The position numbers were made by a program, and so were the translations under genes. From the NCBI GenBank assembly GCA_965200535.1, contig CBDAUF010000002.1:1794107-1858106 (forward strand): 64,000 nucleotides of DNA, written 5' to 3'. The notes beneath the pieces were generated by a model that was not told where the DNA came from, did no database searches, and worked only from the letters and a program-made list of their open reading frames with translations. Within the stretch, counting starts at the first letter, position 1. Every line of letters begins with the position of its first letter. Positions 30,722 to 40,783 of the stretch are shown piece after piece. The stretch comes from Alphaproteobacteria bacterium (GTDB taxonomy: Bacteria > Pseudomonadota > Alphaproteobacteria > MPNO01).

Positions 30722-31906
30722 TCAGGCGGTGAGTTTACGGGCCAGCGCGAGCAATTGCATGTCGGCCCCGCGCGGCCCGACGATGGAAAGCCCGAGCGGA
30801 AGGCCGTCGACGGCCGCCAACGGCAGACTGATCTGGGGAAGACCGCCGAGCCCGGCGATGCAGAGCAGGTGCATCGCCTGGTTGCGGAAACGGATCTCGA
30901 TATCGTCGAGCGGCGTGTTCCTGAGCGGCGCCGCGCGCGGCGAGGTCGGGAGGACGAGAACGTCGCCCTCCCGGAGCGTCGATTCGATACGCCGGCAAAT
31001 CGCGGCATGATCGGCCCTGGCGGCGGCGACCGTCCCCGCATCGAGGGAAGCGGCCCAGTCGAGGCGCATTCGTGTTCCCGGCCCCAGGCGCGGCCTCGCC
31101 TCCCTCACCCAGGCGCCGAGATTGGACCAGACGGAGGCGCCCTGCACCACGCGGAAGGTCTCGAACCAATGACCCAACCCCTCCTCTGCCAGTACGATGT
31201 CATGCGCCGGCGCGACAGCGGCCTCGACCCTGGCGATGGCATCGTCCAACGCCGCCGCCACCGGTTCCTCGACCAGTGCGAACGCATCGGCCGCGCGCAG
31301 AACGCGCCTCGGGGCGGGAGGCGGTGCAGCCTCGTCCAGCAGCACGCGTCCGACCGATTCGAGCAGTCCCGCATCGCGCGCGAACCAGCCGGCGACATCG
31401 AACGGCGGGCCGAACGGAATCACCCCGTCGAGGGGGACCCGGTCCACCGTCGGCCGGATGCCGAAAATGCCGCAATAGCTCGCCGGAAGCCGCACCGAGC
31501 CGCCGCAATCGGTGCCGAGCGCGAAATCGACCGCCCCGCCGGCGACCGCCGACGCCGACCCGTTGGACGAACCGCCCGGCACCCGGCCGGGAGCCGCCGG
31601 GTTGACCGGGGTGCCGTAATGCACGTTCTCCCCGGTCAGGCTGTAGGCGAGTTCATCGGTGTGCGTCTTGCCCGCCATCGCCGCGCCCGCATCGAGTAGG
31701 CGCTCGACCGCCGACGCCGTGGCGGCCGCAGGCGGATGGCTGGCGAGCCATTCCGGGCTGCCAAACCCGGTCCTGTGGCCTGCAATATCGAAGACATCCT
31801 TGACCGCGAAGGTGAGGCCCCGGAGCGGCCCCTCCCCGCTTCCGGCCAGCAGGGGGCGGCTGTGGGTGCAGAATGCGCCAAGCGGGTCTTTGTCGGTGCT
31901 GGACAT
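30722..31906 (-). CDS. Amidase-signature family amidase
   Basis: GGSSNGSASAVAGG...GTDCGGSVRLPAS signature sequence. Confidence 0.8.
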   Translation of the reverse strand: MSSTDKDPLGAFCTHSRPLLAGSGEGPLRGLTFAVKDVFDIAGHRTGFGSPEWLASHPPAAATASAVERLLDAGAAMAGKTHTDELAYSLTGENVHYGTPVNPAAPGRVPGGSSNGSASAVAGGAVDFALGTDCGGSVRLPASYCGIFGIRPTVDRVPLDGVIPFGPPFDVAGWFARDAGLLESVGRVLLDEAAPPPAPRRVLRAADAFALVEEPVAAALDDAIARVEAAVAPAHDIVLAEEGLGHWFETFRVVQGASVWSNLGAWVREARPRLGPGTRMRLDWAASLDAGTVAAARADHAAICRRIESTLREGDVLVLPTSPRAAPLRNTPLDDIEIRFRNQAMHLLCIAGLGGLPQISLPLAAVDGLPLGLSIVGPRGADMQLLALARKLTA

Positions 31907-32172
31907 CACGATTGCTTGCGAGACAAGGACATCGGCCGCCACGTTCCATACCGGGCGACGAGGTTCGGATCAATCCGGGGACGCGGCGGCCGCATCGACC
32001 TCGGCGGGAGCGGCAGGCGCGGCTGCGGGTGCCTTGGTGCGGGTACGGGCCGGTTTGGACTTGCCGCGTCGGCTCGGCGAACGCCGGGGCAGTGGCGCAC
32101 GGCCCGAGCCGGCGGTACCGTTCAACGCCGAGACCATCGACCGGGCGGATGTCCCGTTCCCACCGAGGAGAG

Positions 32173-33159
32173 ATGCACATGCGCGCGGCGGTAACCATCG
32201 AGCACAGCGGGCGGCGGCGGCTGCAGGTCGAAACCCTGCCCGATCCGGCGCCCGGCGCGGGCGAAATCCTGGTGCAAGTGCGCGCGGCGGGTCTCAACCG
32301 CGCCGATCTGGCGATGCCGCTCCGGCACCGGCACGGACCCCGGGGGTCCGGCCCGGCCGTCGCCGGCAACGAGTTCGCCGGCGTCGTGGTGGGCCGCGGC
32401 GAGGGGGCGGACCGGTTCCTCGACGGCGACCGGGTCATGGGCTTCGGCGCGAACGCCTTTGCCGAACTGACGGTCGTCGATCAGCGCCACGTTTTCCCGG
32501 TCCCGGACGATATGGAATGGGAAACCGCCGCGACCTACCCGGTTGCCGTCGAGACGATGCACGATGCGGTCGTCACCAACGGCCGGCTGACGCAAGGCGA
32601 AAGCATTCTGTTCCTCGGCGCCGGGTCGGGAGTCGGCATCGTCGGGATGCAGGTCGCGAAAGCGATGGGTGCGTCCCCGGTGCTGGGCGCTTCCCGGTCG
32701 CAGGAACGGCTGGCGCAGCTTGCCGCGTTCGGCATGGACCGCGGGATCGACATCTCCGATCCCGGGTGGCCCGACCGGGCGCGGTCGGCGGCTGGCGGCG
32801 ACGGCGTGGATCTGATCGTCGACATGGTCTCGGGTACGACCGTCAACGACAGCATGAACGCGGCAGCGATCCGAGGCCGCATCGTCAATGTCGGACGGCT
32901 GGGAGGCAAGACCGGCGCGTTCGATTTCGACCTGCACGCGCTCAAGCGGCTCCGCTATATCGGGGTGACGTTCCGCACCCGCTCCGACGACGAAATCGGG
33001 GAGATCGTCGCCCGCGCCTGGGCAGATCTCGGACCGGCGATCGCAAAGCGAACCATCTCGCTTCCCGTGCACGCGGTCTTTCCGCTCGATGAAATCGCCG
33101 GGGCCTATAGCGAAATGCGGCGCGACGCCCACCTCGGAAAGATCGTGATCGTTCCCTGA
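32173..33159 (+). CDS. Zn-independent MDR-superfamily NADPH:quinone oxidoreductase-like dehydrogenase
   Basis: GxGxxG LFLGAGSGVGIVGMQVAKAMGA; start ATG behind a GAGGAG RBS. Confidence 0.75.
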   Translation: MHMRAAVTIEHSGRRRLQVETLPDPAPGAGEILVQVRAAGLNRADLAMPLRHRHGPRGSGPAVAGNEFAGVVVGRGEGADRFLDGDRVMGFGANAFAELTVVDQRHVFPVPDDMEWETAATYPVAVETMHDAVVTNGRLTQGESILFLGAGSGVGIVGMQVAKAMGASPVLGASRSQERLAQLAAFGMDRGIDISDPGWPDRARSAAGGDGVDLIVDMVSGTTVNDSMNAAAIRGRIVNVGRLGGKTGAFDFDLHALKRLRYIGVTFRTRSDDEIGEIVARAWADLGPAIAKRTISLPVHAVFPLDEIAGAYSEMRRDAHLGKIVIVP

Positions 33160-33310
33160 AACGGGCGAGCCGCGAAGACCGGCCCGAATTCATGCGCGCA
33201 CCCGTTCCGCCCGTCGCCCGCCGTTGATCGGCCCCGCGGCGGCGGAATAAAGTGCGGCACCTTCCGAAACCGCCCCGCAACGCTTCCGAAAAAGGTTTGA
33301 ACACAACGCC

Positions 33311-35002
33311 ATGAACGACAGCACTCCCTCGGTCCATCCGGAACTGGCCCGCCATCAGGATGCCATGCAGCCCCGGATCTACACCCTGAAAGACAGCATC
33401 CACAGCGCGTTCGGCTACGCGGTCGTCAATTGCACCCTGATCGAGGGGAACGACGCCTGCATCCTGGTCGACACCATGACCAACATGGCCAACGCCGAGA
33501 CCGTCGCCGCCGAGTTCCGGAAGATCACCGACAAGCCGATCCGAACGATCGTCTACACTCATTTTCACGCCGACCATGTGAGCGGCGCGGCCGCCTTCGT
33601 CTCCGGCGACGATGTCGCGGCCGGCAAGGTCGAGATCGTTGGCCACCAAGACCTTGTCCACCATGTCGCGCGCGACGTCGGCCTGATTGCGCCGATTCTC
33701 GGGCGGCGGGCGATGTACCAGTTCGGGATGCGCCTGCCGGTCGGCGAGACCGGAACCGTCGGCGCCGGACTGGGTCCGCCGCAGCGCCCGGGGCCGCGCT
33801 CGTTCATCGCGCCGACGGTGACATTCGACGATGTCTACCGGGCCGAGACCGGCGGCGTCCGCTACGAAGTTCATCTCATCCCGTCGGAAACGGAGGACCA
33901 GTGCGCCGTCTGGCTGCCGGACATGAAAGTGCTGCTGTCGGCGGATGCAATCTACGAGTCGTTTCCGAACATCTACGCGCTGCGGGGAACCCGGTTTCGC
34001 GATCCGATGGCGTGGGCTCAGGGACTGGACCGGCTGAAGGCGTTCGGCGCCGAAGTTCTGATCCCGCATCACGGGAGGCCGGTCGAGGGCGCGGACAGGA
34101 TCGCCGACCTGCTGACCGACTACCGAGACGCGGTCCAGTACGTCCACGACCAGACCCTGCGCTACATGAACAAGGGCTACACTCCCGACGAGATCAGGGA
34201 CATCGTCGTCATGCCCGAGCGGCTGCGCAGCCATCCATGGCTCGGCGAGTTTTACGGCTGCTACAAGCACGCGATCCCGGCGATCTACGCGGGCTATCTC
34301 GGCTGGTATCAGGGCGACCCGGTGGCGCTCGATCCGCCGCCGTGGGCGGAGCGCGCCGCCCGCTACATCGCGCTGATGGGCGGACGCGATGCGGTCCTCG
34401 AGGAGGCGCGCAAGGCGCTGGCGGACGGCGACACCCAGTGGGCCGCGGAACTGGCGGCGTGGGCGGTCCGCGCCGACAGAACGGATGATGCAGCGCGCCG
34501 CATCAAGGCCGACGCGCTGCGCCGGTGGGGATACGCGCAGAAGAACGCGATCTGGCGAAACTGGGCGCTCACGTCGGCGCTCGAACTGGAGGGCGAACTC
34601 AATCTCGGCGCGGGCGGCATGGTCCTCGGCTCGCCCGATCAGGTTCGCGGATTTTCGCTCGCAGCGATCATGCGGGTGATGACGGTTCGCCTGATGGCGG
34701 AACGCTGCGCCGACACCCGCCTCTGCGTCGGCTTCGAAGCGAGCGATTCCGGCGAGAGCTGCGCCCTGGAGATCCGGAACGGGGTCTGCCAGTTCCACAG
34801 CACCCTGCCCGACACGTGCGATGCGAGGGTCAGCTTCACCCGCGGCTTCCTGCTCGACTGGTTGTTCGGAAAAATCACGGTCCCGGACGCCATCGCGGCC
34901 GGACAAGCGGCTGTGGAGGGCGACGCCGATGCGGTGCCGCAGTTTCTCTCGTGCTTCGAGCCGTTCAACCAGACCGACGCGGTCGCCATTGCAGCGCGCT
35001 GA
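33311..35002 (+). CDS. Alkyl/aryl-sulfatase (MBL-fold, SdsA1/BDS1 type) with C-terminal SCP2-like domain
   Basis: YTHFHADHVSGAAAF MBL motif, dimerisation region, SCP-2-like tail. Confidence 0.8.
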   Translation: MNDSTPSVHPELARHQDAMQPRIYTLKDSIHSAFGYAVVNCTLIEGNDACILVDTMTNMANAETVAAEFRKITDKPIRTIVYTHFHADHVSGAAAFVSGDDVAAGKVEIVGHQDLVHHVARDVGLIAPILGRRAMYQFGMRLPVGETGTVGAGLGPPQRPGPRSFIAPTVTFDDVYRAETGGVRYEVHLIPSETEDQCAVWLPDMKVLLSADAIYESFPNIYALRGTRFRDPMAWAQGLDRLKAFGAEVLIPHHGRPVEGADRIADLLTDYRDAVQYVHDQTLRYMNKGYTPDEIRDIVVMPERLRSHPWLGEFYGCYKHAIPAIYAGYLGWYQGDPVALDPPPWAERAARYIALMGGRDAVLEEARKALADGDTQWAAELAAWAVRADRTDDAARRIKADALRRWGYAQKNAIWRNWALTSALELEGELNLGAGGMVLGSPDQVRGFSLAAIMRVMTVRLMAERCADTRLCVGFEASDSGESCALEIRNGVCQFHSTLPDTCDARVSFTRGFLLDWLFGKITVPDAIAAGQAAVEGDADAVPQFLSCFEPFNQTDAVAIAAR

Positions 35003-35049
35003 GCCGCACCGGCCCGCCGATCACATCATAGTCCGGCAGCAGGAACCGG

Positions 35050-35241
35050 TATTCCCGGGAGCAATTTTGACAAACCATTTCCGTACCGCTAGCATGAATG
35101 GACAAAATGAAATCGTAATAGATGTGATCTAAGATTACTTTATATATTTCGTTATTTACTTTCAATTCACCATAATAGGCGACGCAATATTTTTTGCGTC
35201 GCTCTGATACTATGAGGGCGTAACGAAAGGGAGAGAGCACG
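35050..35241 (+). promoter_or_regulatory. Unusually AT-rich (~35% GC) leader. Candidate sigma-70 promoter TTGACA-N17-TAGCAT around 35066-35094. Hairpin GCGACGCAA-tattttt-TGCGTCGC at 35179-35202 before the proX RBS
   Basis: Composition contrast with the 67% GC surroundings and motifs seen directly in sequence. Confidence 0.35.
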
Positions 35242-36246
35242 ATGAAGAAAACGATGATGGCCTTGGCGGCCGCAGCCGTCCTGCCCCTGGTTTCGCAGGG
35301 CGCCTTCGCCGCGTGCGGAGCCGTCACGATAGCCAATATGAACTGGGCGTCGGCCGAGTTGATGGCCAACGTGGACAAGATCATCCTGCAGCGCGGCTAC
35401 GGCTGCGACGCTTCGCTGGTTCCGGGCGACACCATGCCGACCTTCACGTCGATGAACGAGAAGAAGCAGCCCGACATCGCAAGCGAACTGTGGATCAACG
35501 CCGTCCGCGACCCGCTCAAGAAGGCGATGGACGAGGGACGCCTCCATTCGGTGAACAGCGGCCCGATCACCGGGCTCGGCGAAGGCTGGTGGATCCCGCC
35601 CCATACGGCCAAGAAGCACCCGGAACTGAAGACGGTTCTGGACATCCTCAAACGGCCCGATCTGTTCCCGTACCAGGAAGATCCGTCGAAAGGCGCGTTC
35701 GTCGGCTGTCCCGCCGGCTGGGGCTGCCAGCTGGCCAACGCCAATCTCTTCCGCGCCTTCGAGATGGAGAAGAAAGGCTGGGTTCTCGTCGATCCGGGCT
35801 CCGCGGCCGGCCTCGACGGTTCTCTCGCCAAGGCGGCGGAACGGGGCCAGAACTGGTTCGGCTACTATTGGTCGCCCACGGCGCTGATCGGCAAATACAA
35901 TATGATGAAAGTGCCGTTCGGGGTGCCGTTCGCGGGCAGCGAGAACTGGGACGGCTGCATCGTCAAGCCGGAGCAGGAATGCGCGAATCCGAAACCCTCG
36001 GCGTGGACGCAGTCCGAAGTGCACACCGTGGTCACCGACGCCTTCCGCAAGAACGGCGGGGTGGCGATCGACTACCTTAATGCCCGCGTCTTTCCGGGCG
36101 GCATCATGAACAGCATGCTGGCGTACATGAAGGACAACCAGGCGAGCGGCGAGGACGCGGCGGTCGAGTTCCTTCGCAAACACGAGGGAATCTGGACCAA
36201 ATGGGTTTCCGCCGATGCGGCGGCCAAGGTGAAGTCTTCGCTCTAG
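35242..36246 (+). CDS. proX: Glycine-betaine/proline-betaine (quaternary amine) ABC transporter substrate-binding protein
   Basis: Signal peptide MKKTMMALAAAAVLPLVSQGAFA; ProX/OpuAC-family features (GCPAGWGCQ, GYYWSP). Confidence 0.75.
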   Translation: MKKTMMALAAAAVLPLVSQGAFAACGAVTIANMNWASAELMANVDKIILQRGYGCDASLVPGDTMPTFTSMNEKKQPDIASELWINAVRDPLKKAMDEGRLHSVNSGPITGLGEGWWIPPHTAKKHPELKTVLDILKRPDLFPYQEDPSKGAFVGCPAGWGCQLANANLFRAFEMEKKGWVLVDPGSAAGLDGSLAKAAERGQNWFGYYWSPTALIGKYNMMKVPFGVPFAGSENWDGCIVKPEQECANPKPSAWTQSEVHTVVTDAFRKNGGVAIDYLNARVFPGGIMNSMLAYMKDNQASGEDAAVEFLRKHEGIWTKWVSADAAAKVKSSL

Positions 36247-36312
36247 ACGAAAGCAGCCCGCGGGCCGCCGGATGGATGCGCGTCGAAACGTTTCGCGCCC
36301 GGGTTTCCCATC

Positions 36313-37203
36313 GTGGAGTTTCTGAACAAATTCCCCGCGATGGGGGACCAGGAGTTGCGCGATCTCAAGAAGGCCATCGACAGGGGCTTTCGAGAGTTTT
36401 CGCGTACCCATGGAGAGGCTCTCGAGACATTCTTCGAACCTCTCCTGTACTTCCTGATCTGGTTCGAGAAGCTGCTGCAGAACAGCCCGTGGCTGCTGGT
36501 GCTCGCCGTCATCGCCGCTCTGGCCTGGTTCGGCGCCCGCAGCCTGCCCGTGGTCGCCGGGACCGTCATCGCGTTTCTCGCGATCGGCTATCTCGGAATG
36601 TGGCAGGACACGATGGCGACGCTCGCCATCGTCTCGGTTGCGACCCTCATCTGCATCGCCGTCGGTATCCCGATCGGCGTCGCCATGGCGCGCTCCAACC
36701 GCGTCCAAGCGGCGATCACCCCCCTGCTCGACGTCATGCAGACGATCCCGAGCTTCGTCTACCTCATCCCCGTGGTCATGCTGCTCGGGATCGGCAAGGT
36801 GCCCGGGCTGCTCGCGGTGTGCATCTACGCCCTTCCCCCGATCGTGCGTCTGACCAACCTGGGAATCCGCCTGGTCGACCGGGAAGTGCTGGAAGCTGCG
36901 GACTCGTTCGGCGCCAGCTACGCGCAAAAGCTGGTGGGCGTGCAGATCCCCCTGGCGCTCCCCAACATCTTCGCCGGTGTGAACCAAACGATCATGATGT
37001 CGTTGGCGATGGTGGTCATCGCGTCGATGATCGGGGTCAAGGGGCTCGGGGTCCCGGTGTTGCGGGCGATTTCCAACCAGTATCTCGCGCTCGGCCTGAT
37101 GAACGGGCTCGCCATCGTGGTGCTCGCCATTATCTTCGACCGGATTTCCCAGGGGTTCGGAAAAAACATCCAGAAACACCGGGCGGATGACAACGGACAC
37201 TGA
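36313..37203 (+). CDS. proW: Quaternary-amine ABC transporter permease
   Basis: Polytopic permease with the EAA region (EAADSFGASYAQKLVGVQIPLALP). Confidence 0.85.
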   Translation: MEFLNKFPAMGDQELRDLKKAIDRGFREFSRTHGEALETFFEPLLYFLIWFEKLLQNSPWLLVLAVIAALAWFGARSLPVVAGTVIAFLAIGYLGMWQDTMATLAIVSVATLICIAVGIPIGVAMARSNRVQAAITPLLDVMQTIPSFVYLIPVVMLLGIGKVPGLLAVCIYALPPIVRLTNLGIRLVDREVLEAADSFGASYAQKLVGVQIPLALPNIFAGVNQTIMMSLAMVVIASMIGVKGLGVPVLRAISNQYLALGLMNGLAIVVLAIIFDRISQGFGKNIQKHRADDNGH

Positions 37204-38212
37204 CGTCAAGGTCAGGATCAGAAACCTCTACAAGATCTTCGGCCCCGACCCGCTCGCCATGACGGAGCGCGTCAAGGCAGGGACGTCGAAACACGACCTG
37301 CTGGACGAGCACGGGCACGTGCTCGGCCTCAAGGACATCTACCTCGATGTCACCGCCCGCCACGTCCAGGTCATCATGGGCCTCTCGGGGTCGGGCAAGT
37401 CGACACTGGTGCGTCACATCAACCGGCTCATCGAACCGACCGCCGGGGAGGTGCTTGTCGACGGGCAGGACGTGCTCGCCATGACGCCGCCCGAACTGCG
37501 CGTATTCCGGCGCGCCAAGGCGTCGATGGTATTCCAGCGCTTCGCCCTCCTGCCGCATCGCACCGTCGCCGACAATGTCGCATACGGTCTCAGGATCCAG
37601 GGGGTCGAAAGGACGGAGCGGGAGAAGCGCACCAGCTACTGGATCGAACGGGTCGGGCTCACCGGGTACGAGGACCATTACACGACCCAGCTTTCGGGCG
37701 GGATGCAGCAGAGGGTGGGCCTGGCACGGGCGTTGGCGACGGACGCGGAGATCCTGCTGATGGACGAGCCGTTCTCGGCGCTCGACCCCCTGATCCGTAC
37801 CGACATGCAGAACATCCTGCTCGACCTGCAAAGCGAGCTCAGGAAGACCATCATCTTCATCACCCACGATCTCGACGAGGCACTCCGGCTCGGCAACAGC
37901 ATTGCCATCCTGCGCGACGGGGAAGCCGTGCAGATCGGCACCGCGCAGGAGATCGTCATGCGCCCCGCCGACGATTACGTCGCCGAATTCATCAAGGACA
38001 TCAACCGGGGGCGCGTGATCGAGGTCGCCTCGATCATGGACGGCGAACTGGTGCACGGCGCGCCGGAAATCGACGCCCTGACCGTCCTCGACGACGCTTT
38101 GCAAATGCTGATCGGCAGCGGCGCAGAAGTCGCCGCGGTGACCCGGGACGGAAAGCCGGCGGGCTCCGTCACCCTCGAAAGCATAGCAACCGCCCTCGCC
38201 CGCCCCGAGTGA
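37187..38212 (+). CDS. proV: Quaternary-amine ABC transporter ATP-binding protein
   Basis: Walker A GLSGSGKST, signature LSGGMQQRVGLARAL, C-terminal CBS-like extension. Confidence 0.9.
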   Translation: MTTDTDVKVRIRNLYKIFGPDPLAMTERVKAGTSKHDLLDEHGHVLGLKDIYLDVTARHVQVIMGLSGSGKSTLVRHINRLIEPTAGEVLVDGQDVLAMTPPELRVFRRAKASMVFQRFALLPHRTVADNVAYGLRIQGVERTEREKRTSYWIERVGLTGYEDHYTTQLSGGMQQRVGLARALATDAEILLMDEPFSALDPLIRTDMQNILLDLQSELRKTIIFITHDLDEALRLGNSIAILRDGEAVQIGTAQEIVMRPADDYVAEFIKDINRGRVIEVASIMDGELVHGAPEIDALTVLDDALQMLIGSGAEVAAVTRDGKPAGSVTLESIATALARPE

Positions 38213-38228
38213 CGGGAGCGGCCGGGCG

Positions 38229-39404
38229 TCAGACCACCTGGTCCCGGCGCAGCCGTTCGATGCCGCGAGAGTCGTAGCCGAGCTCGGCCAGGATATCGTC
38301 GGTGTGCTCACCGAGTTGCGGCGGAGCCGCGGTCGGCTGATCGTCGCGCGAGCCGTCGAAACGCACCGGACGACGCAGCAGGGTCATTGCCCCCTCTTCC
38401 GGATGCTCGGCCTCGAAGAAGGTCTCGAGGTGTTGGACCTGAGGATCTTCCAACACCTCCGGCAGGGTAAGAATCGGTGCGAACGGAACATCCTCGGCCT
38501 CGAGTCTGGCCATCCAGTGCGCCCGCGGCCGGGTTTCAACGGTCTTCTGGAACTCGGCCCTGAGCGCGAAATAATTCTCGATCCGAGACTCGCGCGCCGC
38601 AAAACGCGCGTCTTCGCCAAGGTCGGGCCTCCCCAGCGCGTTCTGCACGCCCTGCCAGAATTTCTGCGGCGATGACAGGTGGAGAGCCAGCAGCTTGCCG
38701 TCGCCGCAGCGCAGCGAATAGGACTGCGACGTCCTGACACGGGCATGCGGCCCCTGTTCAAACCCGCCCTGGATCAGGTTGGACCACGGATCCGGCATGA
38801 AGGTTATGGCCGATTCCAGCATGTTGACGTCGACACGACGCACGGCGCCGGTCCGTTCGCGTTCGAACAGGGCGCCCAGGACGCCGTAACAGGCGTTGAT
38901 ACCGGTCATGTTGTCGGCCACCGTGGGACCGGTGATCTGAGGGTTCTCGTGGTCGATGAACATCAAGGAAACCCCGGAAAAAGACTGGGCGACCGCATCG
39001 TATGCCGGGCGGTCGCGATAGGGTCCATCCTCACCGAAACCGGTGATCGAGCAGTAGATCAGCCTCGGGTTGCGTTCCCTCAGGGTGTCCAATCCGAGGT
39101 TGAGGCGGTCCATCACACCGGGGCGAAAATTCTCCAGCAGGACATCGGCCGTCTCTGCCAGACGGAGCAGTATCTCCCTGCCCTCCCCCGACCGGAGGTT
39201 CAGGGTCATCGACCGCTTGTTACGGTTGTAGGCGAGAAAGTGGGCGCTGTAGGTCCCGCCTCGCCAACTGCGGAACATGTCGCCGCCGTTCGGGTTCTCG
39301 ATCTTGATGACTTCGGCACCGAGATCGGCGAGCATCTGTCCGCCGAGCGGGCCGGTGATCATCGTCGTGAGTTCGAGGATGCGGATCCCGTCGAGTGCCG
39401 CCAC
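38229..39404 (-). CDS. Family-III CoA-transferase (CaiB/BaiF family)
   Basis: LDGIRILELTTMITGPLGGQMLADLGAEVIKIE N-terminus and catalytic-Asp region. Probable GTG start at 39404; the 705-aa track ORF is a read-through of the upstream gene's frame. Confidence 0.75.
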   Translation of the reverse strand: MAALDGIRILELTTMITGPLGGQMLADLGAEVIKIENPNGGDMFRSWRGGTYSAHFLAYNRNKRSMTLNLRSGEGREILLRLAETADVLLENFRPGVMDRLNLGLDTLRERNPRLIYCSITGFGEDGPYRDRPAYDAVAQSFSGVSLMFIDHENPQITGPTVADNMTGINACYGVLGALFERERTGAVRRVDVNMLESAITFMPDPWSNLIQGGFEQGPHARVRTSQSYSLRCGDGKLLALHLSSPQKFWQGVQNALGRPDLGEDARFAARESRIENYFALRAEFQKTVETRPRAHWMARLEAEDVPFAPILTLPEVLEDPQVQHLETFFEAEHPEEGAMTLLRRPVRFDGSRDDQPTAAPPQLGEHTDDILAELGYDSRGIERLRRDQVV

Positions 39405-39430
39405 CGCCTCGGTCCGACCGTTCCGTCCGG

Positions 39431-40483
39431 CTATTCCGCGGCGATCGACGCAGTACCGCCCTGCTCGTCCGCGATCATCTCGCGAAGCAGCCTGCGCACT
39501 TGGATACAGGGGGCATCGGCATTGATATCGATCCGAGGGGCGTCCGGGTCCTGCAGCATCATTGCCTGCTGGGCCTCCAGAATCGCCTTGTCCTCGAGAA
39601 AGACCTGCGTGAAGTTGGTGCGGAATTTCTCGGCCACTTCCTCGTCGCCGAGGCCGAAATTGCGTGCGTGCGCGTAGAAGTAATGCGTGGTCGTCTCGGT
39701 CTCCGGGGTGAACGCGTTCAGGACTTTCATCTCCACCCCGTGCGTGCGGCGGCCCTCGCGCATGTCGGTTCCGGTATCGACGCAGCCCGCGTGGTTGACG
39801 ATGAAGCAGGGCATGTCGATCGTCGTGATCAACCAGCGGTCGACATTGCCCTTGAACTTGCCGCACCACTGGTAGAACGGCGCCGCGGGGCGGTCCATCA
39901 CCAGCCGCGTCATCCGGACGGACCGTTCGAGACGCTCCGTCTTGCACGGGAAATCGACGATTGCATCGGTGCCGATAGAGGTCGTGTGCACGTAGCTCAG
40001 GTGGGTAATGTCGAAAAGATTGTCCGAGATCAGTTCGTAATTGCAGGCCATCGGCAGGGGCGCGCCGCCGTTGCCCTGCACGGTCTCCCAGTCCGGCGAT
40101 TCCACCCAGTGCCAGTCGGGCAAGAGTGCGGGGTCCGCGAGAGCGGGATCGCCCATCCAGACCCAGACCCAGTTGTAGCGCTGGGTCACCGGGTAGGATC
40201 TGACCGCGGCGCCGGGCGGCACTGTCGATTGGCCGGGCACTGAGACGCATTTGCCGTCGGCCGCGAAGACAAGGCCGTGATAGCCGCAGCGCAGGTTGTC
40301 GCCGACGACGGTTCCCATCGACAGCGGCAGCGCACGGTGGCAGCACGAATCGGCCAGCGCCGCAACCGTGCCCCCGCTCCTGCGGTAAAGGACGATGGGC
40401 TCGCCCAGGACGGTCCGCGCCAACGGCCCTTCACCGACCTCATGGTCGAAAGCAGCGACATACCAGCAATTGCGCAGGAACAT
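39431..40483 (-). CDS. VanA-like Rieske non-heme-iron monooxygenase/O-demethylase oxygenase component
   Basis: MFLRNCWYVAAFDHEV...CCHRALPLSMG...CGYHGL, near-collinear with vanillate O-demethylase VanA; ~350 aa. Confidence 0.8.
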   Translation of the reverse strand: MFLRNCWYVAAFDHEVGEGPLARTVLGEPIVLYRRSGGTVAALADSCCHRALPLSMGTVVGDNLRCGYHGLVFAADGKCVSVPGQSTVPPGAAVRSYPVTQRYNWVWVWMGDPALADPALLPDWHWVESPDWETVQGNGGAPLPMACNYELISDNLFDITHLSYVHTTSIGTDAIVDFPCKTERLERSVRMTRLVMDRPAAPFYQWCGKFKGNVDRWLITTIDMPCFIVNHAGCVDTGTDMREGRRTHGVEMKVLNAFTPETETTTHYFYAHARNFGLGDEEVAEKFRTNFTQVFLEDKAILEAQQAMMLQDPDAPRIDINADAPCIQVRRLLREMIADEQGGTASIAAE

Positions 40484-40783
40484 CCCGGTCTCCCCGTGCA
40501 GCGACGACACGGTCGGATTTGACCACAGAGCCCGGGACCGGACAAGCCGAAGGCCGCCGGCGGCAAAGCGGCGCATGGAGATGCTGCCGTACGGCTCGGC
40601 AGGGTTGACGGGGTCTGACCGGGACCGCCCACTACGGCTGGCAACCGGCGGGGGAAATGGGACGGACGCCGGCGCCGCGGCGCCATCGCGCGCCGGGAAT
40701 GGCGCTGCTGGCACCGCCCCCGAAGCGGGCGGGTTCCGATTGCCACGGGGCGCGGTATGTGGTGGGGTGCGCCCGGATCCACC

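Noticed and set aside
34965-35384. 139-aa minus-strand ORF spanning the AT-rich proX leader
   Set aside because: It is an artefact of AT-rich sequence on the antisense strand. It has hydrophobic/Ile-Tyr-rich composition unlike genome proteins, no RBS, and it overlaps the proX start.
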